This document shows, in pieces, positions 1-13,455 of a DNA stretch of 64,000 nucleotides (within the stretch, counting starts at the first letter, position 1; each line of letters starts with the position of its first letter). Below the pieces are notes generated by a model. That model made no database searches. It was not told where the DNA came from and saw only the letters and a program-made list of their open reading frames with translations. A program made the translations under genes and the position numbers. The DNA is from Nemertoderma westbladi (lineage: Eukaryota > Animalia > Xenacoelomorpha). The stretch lies in the NCBI GenBank assembly GCA_032718475.1, contig JAUCBJ010009097.1, forward strand, positions 62,001 through 126,000, in the 5' to 3' direction.

Positions 1-2641
1 TAGGCGCTGTGTTGTCATAGTAAGATCTTGCAGTGTCTTTCCCGCTGTCTTCCTCTTGAGAAGCCTGGCTTTCGCCATCGTCTGTATAACACACTGGTAT
101 TACCTTTCTCCTAGAAACGGGTTTCTCACTTACCTTATTTTCCGGTGTCTTCTCTCTGAACTGTTTTAGGAGCTGTAATTTCACCTCGCCATCCAAGAAT
201 GACATGAGATCAGCCATGGTAGGGTCTCTTCGTTGTTGTTCCATCATATATAACACTGTCTTGTCCCAGCGTGTACCTACTCCGCCCTTGGGCAAATTAG
301 ATGCTAAGGCTCCTACAACCATAGAATTCTGGTATTCATGAGACTTATCTAACCAATCTAGTTGTCTACAGATCTCCTGAATCTCGTCGGAAAACTCTAT
401 AATCCCGCTGCTAAGAAACTTTCGGGGCGCCATTAATTTAGCATATAAATACCTAGCTATGTTAGTCCTATTACCATACCTGATGTTCAGTGTATCCCAA
501 ACTTGTCTTAATCCGTCTGGATGTCCAATAAACTTTAACGCCATTGACTTGGGAGGTCCTTCCAAGCATTCGATGAGGTATCTGAGTTTCTCTCCGTTAG
601 ATAGCACAGAATTCTGTATGTTATCTTTGTAATATTCATTAAAAGGTAACCATTTCATCTCATCTCCATTGAACTTGACGATCTCTCCCACCTTTACCGC
701 TTGCCGGGCTTCGGTTCTAGCCATTTGACGCGTAAAACTTTCTTGGGCCATCGTGTTGTTTAATATCGAGTTATCGGTATATAAATTTCTCGGATTATGA
801 TCCGGTCTATAGGGAATATCATTATCAACAGGTCTATAATTACCCTTAATAGGGTTCACTATAGGAGTTTCTACTTCGCTAGCAGTATAGATGCGTGTAG
901 GCTCCACACCTTGCGCATGAGATACTTCAGACCTAACAGGTTGACACATTGTTACAGGGGGTGGTGGTATACCCTTTTGTAAATTTACTAACTTATCGCG
1001 TTCTAGCGCGATACTTTGCTGCACTTCTTGCAACTCTAGCCTACTTTCCCTTACGGTTCCCTTTAACTGTTGAACAGTCCCTTCTAACTCTCGGACCTGT
1101 TGGGAGGAGCGTATTCGATTCTCCTCCATCTTTCCAAGGAGAATGTCCATCCCCCGCCGTCTCTCGTCCACCCAATCAACCGCCGAAATGGGATCCGCCA
1201 ACGTTATAGCGGGCGGACGAGGGACAACGGGCGACAAATCATGAATATTTCGCTCGGAGTCCAGGGCATGAACTGTCTCATGGGCTGTTCTGCTGGGCAC
1301 AGGTAGCTTAGTGCTGTGCAACGGGAATTGAGAGGTAGGTTCAGGGAGTACAGGTGTCTCTACGACCGAAAGGGTGGCTTCGGGAACAGGCCTAACTATT
1401 TCCGGCTCATCTACTATAGTAGGGAGTCTCTCTATTGTAATTATTTGGTCCGTGGGTTCTGTACTACCTAAGTTGTTATTTAGTTGCCTTCTAACAGCTG
1501 GAGGCAAATCAGGCAATTTCTGACGGTGGGATGTTCTTTTACGTCTGCTTAGGCGAGATCGATTTCCTCCGCCTTCAGTGTCGGTGGTATCGCCTTCCTC
1601 AGATGATGTATAACCCTGTCTTTTGGGAGTAGATCGATTCATCATCTGCATATTACTAGCTGTTAACTGTTTATTAAAGTTGTCTTGTTTCTCTTGAAGA
1701 TTTTCCAACTCTAGTTGGGTTGTCTCTTCAGATGCCTTTCGTTCTGCTTCTGCCACTGCTATTTTTCTTTCCGCTTCGGCCGCCTTTCTTTCGGCTTCTA
1801 CTGCTGCAGCTGCCACCTTTCTTTCCGCTTCAGCCGCCTTTCTTTCGGCTTCTACCGCCTTTCTTTCGGCTTCTACTGCTGCAGCTGCCGCTTTTGCCTC
1901 TGCCGCTGCCGCTTTTGCCTCTGCCGCTGCCGCTTTTGCCTCTGCCGCTGCCTCGGCCGCTTTCTTTCTATCTTCTATACGTTTTTTCCTTACTTGTTCT
2001 TCTTGGTCTCTAGCGATGCGAAGTTGTTCATCGAATTTAGCTTGGTTCGCAGCTAACATTTCCGCATCGATTGCATCCAGCACAAGCTTGGTTCCTTCAC
2101 TATTAGGGCTAAGCCCCTCCAACCTTCTCCTCAACTCTTCATCTCCTACAAAGCGTTGATAGTCTGACAGATAGATGTCAATAGCATCCCTCTTATGCGG
2201 TTTCTCTGTTGTCACTTCGCTTTCTTCTTGAGAAAAAGTGGCGTCGGTTGATTCTTCCTAGGTTGGCCGCTCATCATAAACCTTATCCACCATCTTCGCT
2301 CCGCGTTCGGGCATCCGCTCATCAGTATCCGAACTACTGGAGCTATCGGGCCGCTGAATACTAGGTTCTTGGCTAGGATGTTGCTGCTGTTTGACAGCTG
2401 CTTCTTGATCCCGCTTGACTTGGGCCCGAGTACCGATGATAGACCTACGATGTTGGACTAGCCTAGGGTTTGAGATTACTACAGTAGGGATGGCCTTTCT
2501 TACAGCAGGAGGTGACTTAGACTTGGATCTAGGATGTTCTATACTTGGATCTGGGTCACTGATCTTTTTAAGACACTGTCTAACAGTCATTCTAACACTA
2601 TCTAGGAGACTATCCGACAGTGATTGGGTTGTGTCAGACAT
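1..2641 (-). pseudogene. gag: Bel/Pao gag (DUF1759-like capsid region), disrupted, truncated by the window edge
   Basis: Minus-strand translation of 1-720 gives VKFNGDEMKWLPF...LSNGEKLRYLIECLEGPPK...VWDTLNIRYG...LASNLP...PTMADLMSFLDGE, a typical Bel/Pao Gag pattern. ORF 2258..2641 ends in a TAG that is followed by in-frame coding-like sequence. A Lys/Ala-rich repeat lies at about 1740-1960. Confidence 0.8.
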
Positions 2642-2774
2642 GTTTGTTTACACAGTTGAATGCCTACGGCTATAAATACAGTCTAAGCAAGTCTAGTAAT
2701 TCAGTGTTAACTGCTAGCCTAGTAATTAATTACCGATACTGCTACTCAGTGTAGTTTGATATATAATATATTAG

Positions 2775-3030
2775 TATACCGGTATGCTTATAGTATATAT
2801 AAGTATTATTACAGACTAGTTTATCACAGAATACCGGTAGGTAATTTTAGCACAAATATATATATATATATAATAGGCCTATCGTGGATACCGGTATGTA
2901 GTTTACACTTATAATGTATATATATAAGTATAATTACAGACTAGAATTAATTACAGAATACCGGTATGATTTCAACCCAAAATTTATAGAAATAAATATA
3001 ATAAGCCTATTGTAAATACCGGTATGTCAA
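2775..3030. repeat. Degenerate tandem repeats in the family A leader (TACCGGTATG...ATATATATAAGTAT...ATTACAGACTAG)
   Basis: The ATACCGGTA motif recurs at about 2776, 2831, 2889, 2958 and 3017. Confidence 0.55.
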
Positions 3031-6000
3031 TTATTTTAGAATAATTGAATTTCTGAATTTTAAGGGTTACTTGGTTACTTTAACTTACTTTATTGCCGTT
3101 ATTTAAGCAGTAGTCCAACTGATATTGAGACCTAATTATTATATGGCAGGCCTACTATTTATAAATCGTTTGAGTTGATTTATAATATATATATACCCGT
3201 TGAAATGGGTTTTGTCAATGTTTGAAATAAATGTTATTATTTCTGGGGGAGTCACTACACATAAGCTATGCGCTCTCAGTGGAGTGCTACTTGTTAGACA
3301 CTAAAACAAATAATTATAATTTACCTAAGTTACTTAATACTACAAATTACGTACAATTCGGGTTGAGATTACAATCTCTAAATAAACACAAAAATTTAAT
3401 TACAAATACACAAATACAAATTTTTAGGGTAATTTTACAAGAAGTCTACTAACCAGCCTAACAAAGGGTTAGAATATCTGGTTATTACAACGGACAGGTT
3501 ACTACGGTATTTGAAAATAATAAGTAGTAGTAAATATACTGCGTTGTCCAGATAGGAAAATACCACCGCCTGACGACCTATAACCGTATCGCTATAGGTA
3601 CTACGTTATGTATCACGGAGTGTCCCTACCTAGAAGTTAATTACCGAGGTCTACCAGAACCAACGTGCCTATTAACCACTTTACAACACAAATACACTGC
3701 CTACACACTAATTGCTTTCGGAAAGCACTGTACACTAAACCCTAAATTAGGTACAAGTACTTGTATAACAAATAATTAGTAGTTAAAAATACTTGAACAG
3801 CTAAAAGAACCACGGCATCTGCTGGAGTGACCGGTGCACAAAATCACCAGTCTTTACCTACGCCAAGCAGCCCGTATAGTACCGGGGTTAGTTTAACTAT
3901 AACGGTATGTATAACAAACACAATTACTGTAGGAATAAACTTGGGGAATATGAATGTTGCGAATAATCGCATAAACTCTGAATAATAAATATTACGCTAC
4001 GCGTACAGACTACACAAACAAAGTACAGACCAAACGCTGGCGGACTCCTATCAAGCCTAAATAAACCACAGGACATGCAGACTCCGAAATGGTTAAGTAG
4101 TATGCGTTCTAACCCAGTAGTACGACTTATTCTTTAGATGGGGGTTTACCTTACAGCTATGGCTGCCCCTACTTCCTAACCGTTCTTTATCGGACATACA
4201 CTCTACATGCACTGCAAACCATTCAGACCTAATCAACAGTTAGCCAACAGTCAAGCCTACAAATTATCTGTACAATCTGAGCAGGCTTACACGCCTTCTG
4301 CTCAATATTAACCTACAAATAAATAAAACTTGACAGAAACAAGTAAAATCTCAATAAAAAACCAGGGCGGCCGTCCCTGATTAATTATTAAGGCCTACCG
4401 GTATATAATTATAAAAATCGAATAATACTGCTGTACCTGTACTGTAAGCACCAGTTCGGATGATCAGGCAGTCAGGCCTACTGGTTACAGCAGTACAGGT
4501 TACCGTTCGACCGGTACCGGTACTTTAGACTTGATTGCTTACACCGCAATCCAGAAGCAATATCCGTTATTGTTCGCGCTTTCAGACCTTTGGCAGTTTA
4601 ACCCGCCAAATTAGGATGTCTTCTAGATAATAAATCGCTTTTAGCCTCTGACAAGTATTTGATTCACTACACTAGTTGAAACCAATCTGTGCGCGATCAT
4701 TCACCCGCTGGATATACCCGGGAGATTGACTTCGACGGCTTAATCTTATTGCTATGTAAGCCTAATGTATTATTCGACTGACAGTATTATATAATCTCTG
4801 ACAATATTATTCACCTTCGGGGAATATTAACAGTTCCTTTTGGACGTGGCGCTCTATCTATATAAACAGAGCTATGACTTAAACTACATGCAACGATATG
4901 GCTTAGTTACAATTCACATATATGGCGCATTCTTTAGGAAATGCTTCGTTATCAGTCTCACTCATACACAATGCTGCACAATACTGCACACTGATCTGCC
5001 GATCTTCACTGATTTTAGTCACATATAAAAGGAACACAGACCGACTCATGTAGGGTCTATCAGATAACATTAGATTCACTTCAAACCACTTTAACATAAG
5101 TCACAATCGTTATATGTAACCTGTCTCTCTTACCTTCGGTATATCAAGAATATTGGGTTTTCGGGGTTATTTCTCGTTATTCCAAATATAATATTTCATC
5201 AACCATATAATGAATAACCGACAGTAAATAGCAGTATAACGTTATAAAAGTATGCACGACAAGACCAGCCAAGCATTGAGTAAGTTGTTAACCATTGAGT
5301 TACCCAGTGTGAACCAGTGTGATAACGGATATATGTCCTTATAATTAAGCCTACTAGTGTTAGGCTAAAAGCAGAAAAGCACAAATATTCCAAAAGCCGT
5401 TCTTTCTTGGCTCAGGACTGAATGACAACACTGCCCACAAAGCATTGCGTGATTTCTAGGAAATTTCTGTACAAGAACAGTAAAAACGCTCTGATTGGTT
5501 GACTGAACTGAGAGGCACCGTAGAACAAAGAAAATCGACACGTATACAGCTCAGCTGTCAACCGTCGTCATAGTAACTACTGTTTCAAGAGGATCTAGCT
5601 ATTTTGCGTCATAGAATTGCCATAGAATCACCAACCATGTCCCCCAAAGTACACATACGGAAGAAATAGCTCTTAGGTCCTCTAAAAAACACCGATACAG
5701 CAATAATACGGCCTCTTACGCCTACTAAACCAACTACAGAGTATTTTACGGGAAAAATAAGGAAAAATAACCGGGCAATTCCGCAAAAGCTTTTACATCT
5801 GTTTTCATATTTGGATTATCTATTCACTATGTCTGTATGTCAGTCTGTCTCTCAGTTTGTATGTCTGTCTGTTTGTATGTCTGTTTGTCTTTCAACGTGT
5901 CCGTTAAATTTTAATTAATATACATTTAATAGATATTTGTGAGTTTTGAATTACATATTGAACAGTTGTCTAATAGACCAATTGTCTACTAGTAATAACA

Positions 6001-6419
6001 AATGTGAACCATCATATAGCAATACCTGGTAATAATAATTGTGGGGAACAAGCATAAACTAATTTTGTTTAATTCCACAGGCTCTTAGAATAATTCACGT
6101 GCTGCGCGAAGTCTTCATGTGCTGCATGAACAATTCGTGTACCGCGTGAAGTCTTATCATTCTGTTCAAAAGGCTTTCCGAGCTGCTCGATTAATTAACT
6201 GTGTGAAGACTTAATTGTATGTCGGGTTTGACTTAACTTAGCTTTAGTTTCATTTTTATATTTATTTTCATAGAAAATAATAATAGGCTTATTATGATAA
6301 AAATCAGAACATTAAAACGCAAAGTAATAATAGACATACCATTTTCGTTAGTTATACAATACTGTACAGTAGTTACAGTTTCAAAGTTTACTATAGAAGT
6401 TACAGATTGATATATTGCT

Positions 6420-7492
6420 GAACATTATTTTCGTCCAGCGTAAGAGTGTTTATGGGCGTCAGAGCATTTATTTCTTGCCGTAATTTAAATTGCTTTAGTT
6501 GTTCAGTTTCTTGTCTCATCATCTCCGTGGATTCTGCATTTGCAGCAGTTCTTCTTGCTGCAGCAAGACGCTTTTCTGAAGGTCTGGAACGGAGTCTTCT
6601 TCATCAATGATTGCCGGATGCTTCTTTGCACTAGTGGGATGGAGGGGTTTTTTCCAGCCGGCTCTGGGCTGCATAACAGCTGGTGCAGACTGCCGTCCAG
6701 TCTCGGGTGTGCTGGCATCCTGAACTTGGTGAACAGCTGAACTGCTGCTGGTTTTCAAGCTCCCAAAACTAGAACCGAACGATGGGAAAGCTTGAACAGC
6801 TTCGGGGTTCGATTGCGCCTGACTCTCAACACCAGAACCGAGTCTTATGAGACCACTTTTCCCCAAGAATTTCACTTAATTTCAGGATATAGGCTGGGGG
6901 TTCCGCAGGTTTTGGTCCGCCTCCCGTGATGTGTTTCCGAAGATTCGTCTGATACTTTCTTGTATCGTATCGTAGATTTTCAATTTTTTTCATTAAATTC
7001 TCCTTTTCTATTTGGAATTCGGGATTTCTTTGCAGCCATTCTTGGTGCAAGTTGTCCAGCGCGTTTAATTTAGAATTTTTAGAGACACCCGGTTTTCCGA
7101 AATTGGAGGTTAGTAATTCATGGTATTGTTCGTAAATTTCAACTAAGTGTAATTTGGCAACCTCGGGCCAAGTCTTGCCGCGCTTTCTCTTATCCTCCGA
7201 CATTGATACAGTAGGGGACCTATTAATTGGAACCTAAATCAGTGGTAGGCCTACCGATTTACAGGATTCTTTAGGTAAATCGTTTATTATGAGCTGTAAT
7301 CAAACAGGATAGAGAAAAATTATAAGCAGTTAAGTGCAAACTTAAATTTAAGTTTTGACTTTACTAAGTGCAGCTTTGTGGAACCGCACTTAACTTAGAT
7401 CTAAGTTCGCACTTAGTAAAGTGTAAACTTAATATTTAAGTTAAGTTTTCCACTAAGTTAAGTGCAGAAGTTTCTTTGTGGAACTCGGCCCC
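6420..7492 (-). mobile_element. PIF/Harbinger-like DNA transposon fragment (one end plus Myb/SANT ORF)
   Basis: The terminus reads GGGGCCGAGTTCCACAAAG on the minus strand at about 7492, with subterminal TAAGTGCA/TGTGGAAC repeats (7330-7490). A Myb/SANT gene is adjacent. The other end and the transposase were not found. Confidence 0.6.
6519..7203 (-). pseudogene. Myb/SANT-like DNA-binding protein (Harbinger ORF2 type), frameshifted near 6850
   Basis: KRKRGKTWPEVAKLHLVEIY...KLNALDNLHQEW...LMKKIENLRYDTRK...HITGGGP is the Myb_DNA-bind-like pattern ending in TGGG. It continues into a Ser-rich, coiled-coil ORF at 6519..6875. Confidence 0.7.
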
Positions 7493-8900
7493 TGATCTTT
7501 CTATTCGGGCTGTTAAGAGAGTTATATGTAGTTCGACATCTCTCAAGATTTATGTATGTGACCGGGTCTATAGTTGCAAAGAGATTTAGTAATACTTCGT
7601 TTCTTATGTAGTTGCTCACTCTTACTAGGCCTCTCATAGGTTTCCTGAATTGGTTTGACAAGTAATGGTAATGGTAATCCCATATATGTGCATTTTGCAG
7701 ACGCAGGTAAGGTAAGGCCATTAAGGCTAATGCTACTACTATTCATATTCGAGTTTCCTTTTGTGATAATATGTAGGGAATGAGATTTCTTTAGGTTGGC
7801 AGTGAGATCGTGTGATTCAAAAAATGCATTACATATGTCCATCATAGCATAGAGATCGGATGGTATGTTAGCTAAAATAAACATGTCGTCTGCATAGCTG
7901 ATTACACAATAGGATTCGTTATTAATATAGATTCCTAATTTGCAATTATCTCTCTGTGATTAGGTGTTAGGTCATGTAGATAAAAGTTGAAAAGAATAGC
8001 GGAGAGGACTCCACCTTGACGAATTCCTCGCAATAATGGGATTCCCTGTTTAATGATATTATTTCCATTCTTAAGGAAGGCAATTGAGCGTGTGTAGTAT
8101 GAAATTAGGGATTGTATAAGATCTCTATCTAGTTCTGTATCCAAAAGTTTTCAAAATAGAACATTATAATCGATATTATCACAGGCAGATTGTAGATCTA
8201 TTTGATAGGGCATATATTTCTGTTCCACCTTTATTGAAATATTTGATAAGCTATTTCAGAGTTTGTGTTTCTTCTATCCAAACTGAAGGTTTGCAGTTGG
8301 CAGGACACTTAATTCTGGAAGTAATATTTCTTCCCACAACTTTGCTATGATTGATATTATTGAAATCCCACAATACTTTGTTGGAGTTAGCTTATTCTTT
8401 AGGGACATAGGTTTTGGGACTGGTGTTAATAAGTTGGTGCATGCACATACTTAATACATAGTCCAGTTGAGCGAATATTATTAAAAATGTCAGTGATGAA
8501 ATTGTATAGTACCTTGGACGGACAGTATTGTAGGCATTCAGCTCGAATGTTATGTATATCGGTGGATTTTCTTTTACTCAAGGACATAATTGACTCCTTT
8601 ATATCTAGTTATGTCACTATTTTCGTTTGTTGATTGTCTAGATGTTTAGGGATTGGTAGATGTTGTATTGCGGAGTTGCTATTGAAAATTTGAGAATATT
8701 CCATGTGGATAGTTTCAAATTTACTTTCAGGGATTAAACTGCTGAGCTGTGGGTGTTTAACTAATCGCCAGAATTCATTGGGATAAGATGAACATGATTC
8801 TGCTATGGTGTGTATGTATGTGTTGAAGATACATTCTCCTCTGAATTTTAGCTTGTGATTGTTGGTATGTTAATTTTGCTTTGAAGTAGTTCTGGTAGTA
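7493..8900 (-). mobile_element. Degraded non-LTR retrotransposon (LINE) reverse transcriptase fragment
   Basis: GIRQGGVLSAILFNFYLHDL (ORF 7935..8144), followed by SYADDMFILA at about 7870-7900 and LTANLKKS...YMGLP. Many stops and frameshifts. Confidence 0.8.
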
Positions 8901-8924
8901 CCGATTACGAGTTCTGGTAGCCAG

Positions 8925-9337
8925 TCATGCCGGCCGCGGCATGACTGGTCCTCTGTGTTGCAACAGCCAAGTGTGAGATCCAGCTTCACACTACAACTGA
9001 GCAACAGGTATGAGGTTCTTGCCTCTGAGGCGGCAGATCACTGCGAGGGCTATACTGCCTTCACAGAAACAGTTAAGCTAGCAGCTGCAGAAACAGTTCC
9101 TGTATACCCTCGAAACAGGAAAAGGGCCCCCTGGACTGACCACAACATTCAGAAGTGCCGAAATGAGGTGGAGAAAGAGTCCCAACTCAAACAGACTACA
9201 GTGGCCAAGAATGCACTTAAGGCTGCATCTAGGTCCCTGAACAGGCAGTACCCTGTTAATCTACAGAATGGAAATATATGGAATATGGAAATCGATCAAC
9301 TTGCTTACTGGGTGGAAAAGCCAACCAACCACCAAGG
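8925..9337 (+). mobile_element. RTE-like LINE fragment (endonuclease-RT linker), resuming at about 10910-10980 after a DNA element insertion
   Basis: SFTLQLSNRYEVL...FTETVKLAAAETVP...KRAPWT resembles the RTE ORF2 linker region. It is interrupted at the TTAA at 9338-9341. Confidence 0.5.
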
Positions 9338-9341
9338 TTAA

Positions 9342-10905
9342 CCCTATTAAACCCGGGTGGGGGGGTCAATATGACCCCCCCCGTGTTTTTTTTATTATAA
9401 TTCTGAAACAAACGCAGTTGGGAATCTGAAATTTTATGACTTTTCCTAAAAATCTATTGTCTTCCTAGTAGTGAAAACCGTTTTCAAAAATATTGGGTAC
9501 TTTTCGAGTTATGGCACCATTTTTTAACCCTACTTTTGGCACTTTTTTTGAGGCGTTTTTTGAAAATTACATTTCATTAAATAAGAATTATAATACCGCT
9601 ATTTTTGATTTACACCGGTTTTTTGGTGTTAGAAATTTGATGGAATTCATATAAATTGATTTAGAAATTTCAAACTTGTTTTTTTCGGTGGGTGCCAAAT
9701 TTTGGTGCCAGCACCAAATTTTGAAATAAGTCAATTTTGTAAATTGATCGTTTGAAACTTGTTTTTTACGCAATTGGGGTTTTTTGGGTTTCTGGATTTG
9801 ATGAAATATATACGAGTTGCACCAAGCGTATCAAACTTGTATTTTTCGGTGCTGTGTGCAAATTTTGGTGCTAGCACGAAATTTTGAAAATCCATTCAAT
9901 AGATAAAATTGCTTGTGACAATTTATTTCTTGCGTTTTAGAGGTTTATGGCTGTTCTGAATTCAATGGAAAATATAATTATCGAACTAGACATCTCAAAC
10001 TTGTATTTTTCGGATGTGGGTGCAAAATGTGGTGCTAGCACCAAATTTTGAAAACCATCAAATATATCAATTGATTGTGTCACCTTGTTTCTTGCGTTAT
10101 ACGGGTTTGTGATGGTTCTGAATTCAATGGAATCAGTAAAAATTTCATAAGAGTTCTCAAACTTGTATTTTTCGCCGGTGGGTGAAAATTGTTGTGCCAG
10201 CACCAAATTTTGGAAAATATGCAAATTGATAAGTAGATAGTATCACCTTGTTTCTTGCGTTATACGGGTTTATGAGGGTCCTGAATCCGATGGAATCAAT
10301 AAAAACAGCACTGGACATCGCAAACTTGTACTTTTTGGTGATGGGTACGAAATTTGGTGCTAGCACCAAAATTTGCCAAATTACGCCTAAAAATACAAGT
10401 AGCAATGATCTGGCATATTAGAAATGTATTCCATTAGAATCAGCGCCCTCGAAAACCTGAAAATGTGAATTTATAGCATTGTATAAGTGAATAAAAAATT
10501 TTGTGTTCAAACTGAAAAGTGCTGGTTACTTGTTTTTTTCATTTTTTTCCTACGCAGAGAGGACTAAACAGCCATTTATAGTAATCATATCATTTTTTAA
10601 TATTTTCCAATGTATTTTGCACCCCAGAAAACCAGTATTGAAAAATAATTAGCCGAAAATGTAACTTTCAAATTTGGTGAAAATTGTGCACTACTTGTAA
10701 TTTTGGTGCTGCAATATAACCACTCCAGTACATTTTTTCGAAAAAATTTTTTTTCGGTCGGATCCAGACAAGTGATACCTACGTACAAACAAAAAATCAG
10801 ACGTTTTCGTAAATATTTGTAGATTTAGTGGGGGGTTCAATATGACCCCCCCCCCCCCACCCCCCCAGTATTTGTATAACATTTTATAGCCCGGTACTAA
10901 TAGGG
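9342..10905. mobile_element. Non-autonomous TTAA-specific (piggyBac-like) DNA element
   Basis: TTAA (9338-9341)|CCCTATTAAACCCGGG ... CCCGGTACTAATAGGG|TTAA (10906-10909): imperfect TIRs with CCC/GGG ends. Subterminal GGGGG(G/T)TCAATATGACCCCC occurs at both ends. No credible ORF. Confidence 0.75.
9670..10380. repeat. About 5 copies of a ~162-bp degenerate tandem repeat inside the TTAA element
   Basis: CAAACTTGTATTTTTCGG...TGGTGCTAGCACCAAATTTTG recurs at about 9671, 9832, 9996, 10158 and 10321. Confidence 0.75.
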
Positions 10906-10981
10906 TTAAGGCAGAATCACCAGCTGATCGCTTCAATAAGCCGAAGGCCCTCAATAATGACAGGGTATCGCCTGATAACCT

Positions 10982-11053
10982 GCCTCCGTGGTGTAGTGGT
11001 TAGCATACCTGAACGTTTATCGGGAGACGCGGGTTCGATCCCCGCTGGTGGCG
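10982..11053 (+). tRNA. tRNA-like sequence (GTT anticodon position); probably a pseudo-tRNA or SINE head
   Basis: Cloverleaf: acceptor GCCTCCG/TGGTGGC (one T-T mismatch), D arm GTGTAGTGGTTAGCAT, anticodon stem CCTGA/TCGGG, T arm GCGGG-TTCGATC-CCCGC, then a TTTTTT Pol III terminator-like run. The anticodon loop ACGTTTA is non-canonical. Confidence 0.6.
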
Positions 11054-11348
11054 AATTCATTTTTTCCGCTCCATTTGCTATAGAGTTGGATCATCCTTAG
11101 TCCTGTTTAATTACTTAATAATAAAATCTATTTATTGGTAATTCTAAAAATAGAAATCAATTTATAAATTAAATAAGTAAAAGTAATACAATTAATTTAT
11201 TTAAAATAAATACAAATAAATAAATATCAATAAATAAAAGAGCAGAGGTGTCACTTATGAAATCCGTATGGCCCTCTTTGTGACAGTTAGACAACACTCA
11301 TGACCCATTGGGTGTCAGGGCGCTAATCGCTAAGATTAATTAGAATAA

Positions 11349-12887
11349 TCAATTAAACCCTTCTAAACTGATCACTGTACCCACACACTCAAAACCAGCT
11401 TCAAACTTCGAAATAACATAGATACCAGGGACAACATTCTTTGCAAATGGATAAGCAAGAGGTTGGTTTTCATGATCTTCTATAACACAGTCTCTCTGGA
11501 TTTCACCAGTATCTGGTTCAATATCACACTCAGCGAATGATTGGTCACACAGGTTAGCATCATCATTATCTTTCAAAGAATGAGCCAGAATGGACATAGT
11601 AGGCTGTGATGTGCGATACCCACTAAGCTGGTAGAACTCCAATGATAAATTCTCAAGCCGCGACACCTGATGAATCTGTAAGGTTGACTTCACCTTGAAG
11701 GCATTAGATATTATTCTCTCAAACCTCCTACGAGTTTCATCCACTTCTGTCTTGTCAATATAACTCACGGTTGTAGTTACACATTCATTGGCATAGACTG
11801 CAAATTCCCGAGCATCCTGCAGTACAACCTTACCACTCATCACATTTCTGTGGACTTTCTGCTTGATGTTCCCCCCAATGCCGTCGTGAGGCCCTTTAAA
11901 ATGATGGGCATCACCATAATTCCACTTCATTTTTGCTGATCCAATATCATACAATGGCAATAGTGCAAATGTAAATCTGGATCGGAACTGCGATGATGAA
12001 CCATCAGACCAAATGTGTACTTGCGATAGCTTTATTGGATGTAACAGTTTACGAACTTCCTGAATAAGGTTGTTGCAGCAAATATACGTGATAATCTTAT
12101 CATGCTCAATTTCATTGCTCACTACAGCGAAAGACTTTTTCTTCAGAATCGTATTGATAACATCATCAGAGCTCTCTGTATTGGGCAACATTTCTATGTC
12201 ATCTTGGTCTATATCATTAAACAAAGTAGCTCCGTCCAAAGTAGGGGTCATTTCTAGATCTCTATAATAAGTGACTGCCGTGAATATTGTGAAGTTCTCT
12301 GTTCCAAAGTATACACTTTGGATTTCATGTCTTTGTTCATTTCTATAATTCTTAGAAAAATCTACTGAAATTATTGCTTCTCCTGGCTGCATGTTCTCCT
12401 TTAAGTATCTCAATTCAGCATGCTGATGCTGAAAGGTGAACATATGTTTCCGGAATATAATCAACTTCTTGATTAGAATGTTGGCAAATTGTTCTCCGGT
12501 TGCTTCCAGTTGAACCTTCTTCGCGTGTGGTTTGGAATCAACTTTTACTGAAACCCACTGATTATACAGAATGCACTCCTGCTTTCGGATCTCTTCCAAA
12601 GCTTGTGTGATTGCAGTAAAGCCAGGACAGAATATGTCTGTATCAGCACCATCCTGAGATGTCTGGATTAAACAGGGGTGTAACTGCTTGGTTAATACTG
12701 CAGGATTTGATGATAAGCCTGGAACCTTAACAAGCATGAGCTCTACATTTTCGCAAATGTCACATCTACAGCTATCTTTGGGAAGATCTTGATTAAAATA
12801 GAGATGCTTCTCTTCATTCATTATCTTCTGTAAGAAATAGTATGATAAGTTGTATAGATTATTATTCTTTAATTGATAGAGTGCCAA
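11349..12887 (-). pseudogene. C-terminal part of a DDD transposase-like protein (Sola2-like), separated from its N-terminus by an LTR element
   Basis: Motifs CRCDICEN, SVDFSKNY...EIQSVYFG, HIWSDGSSSQFRSRF and WNYGDAHHFKGPHDGIGGNIK resemble Sola-type transposases. The superfamily assignment is from recall. Confidence 0.65.
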
Positions 12888-12891
12888 TGTT

Positions 12892-13455
12892 TGTGACGGG
12901 ATCCGAGAATCCCGGTTTATCCGGTGTTGTTTATGTACTCGTCAGCCGCACCGTGTGATGGAAAAGGTAATAGTTTGTTGTTCCGACGTTCTTAATAATA
13001 TAGATATAATGATGCAAGTATAATAGCAGATAGCAACCGGCAATGATATGGTAATATTGGTGATGGCGGTGACGGTCTTAAACTGTCACCGTACTGCCGT
13101 GGCTGTACTGAGATAACTGGATAAATGAGAAAGCACCAACCGGTAATATACTGGGTTGGCCCTATTACTTGGCTGATGCCTCTCCTATCCCCCCATTGGC
13201 TGGTTTCCCACCTCACACCTTCTACTCTGTGGGAGGGTTTCCCCCCCCCCCCCCCCCCGCTGCTGTTACTCTCTCTCTCCCCGGAGGCTTAACCTCTGAC
13301 CTCCATTGTGTGAGGCCCTTTGGGGTTTGTCATCCCCCGTTTATTGGGGGTGATACGAGGTTGGTTGTTAATCAACCTCGTACTCCCCAATATTGCTTAA
13401 AGGCACTCTTTCCCACTTTATGGGGGTTGGTGAGGCGGAATTGAATCCGCTCAGA
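12892..13455 (-). repeat. 3' LTR of the deleted Bel/Pao element
   Basis: 13088-13455 is nearly identical to 19093-19453, and it is preceded on the minus strand by PPT GGGGGGGAG. Confidence 0.85.

Larger units (their letters stand above)
1..5797 (-). mobile_element. Bel/Pao LTR retrotransposon, family A, 5' part (LTR/long leader and gag); runs off the left edge
   Basis: The minus strand starts TGTAAAAGCTTTTGCGG at 5797, matching the start of the homologous copy at 61186 (TGTAAAGGCTTTTGCGG). Gag-like coding sequence lies at 1-2641. Confidence 0.8.

Noticed and set aside
1715-2056. Cys-rich or Leu/Pro-rich plus-strand ORFs
   Set aside because: They are antisense shadows of the Lys/Ala-rich repeat in gag.
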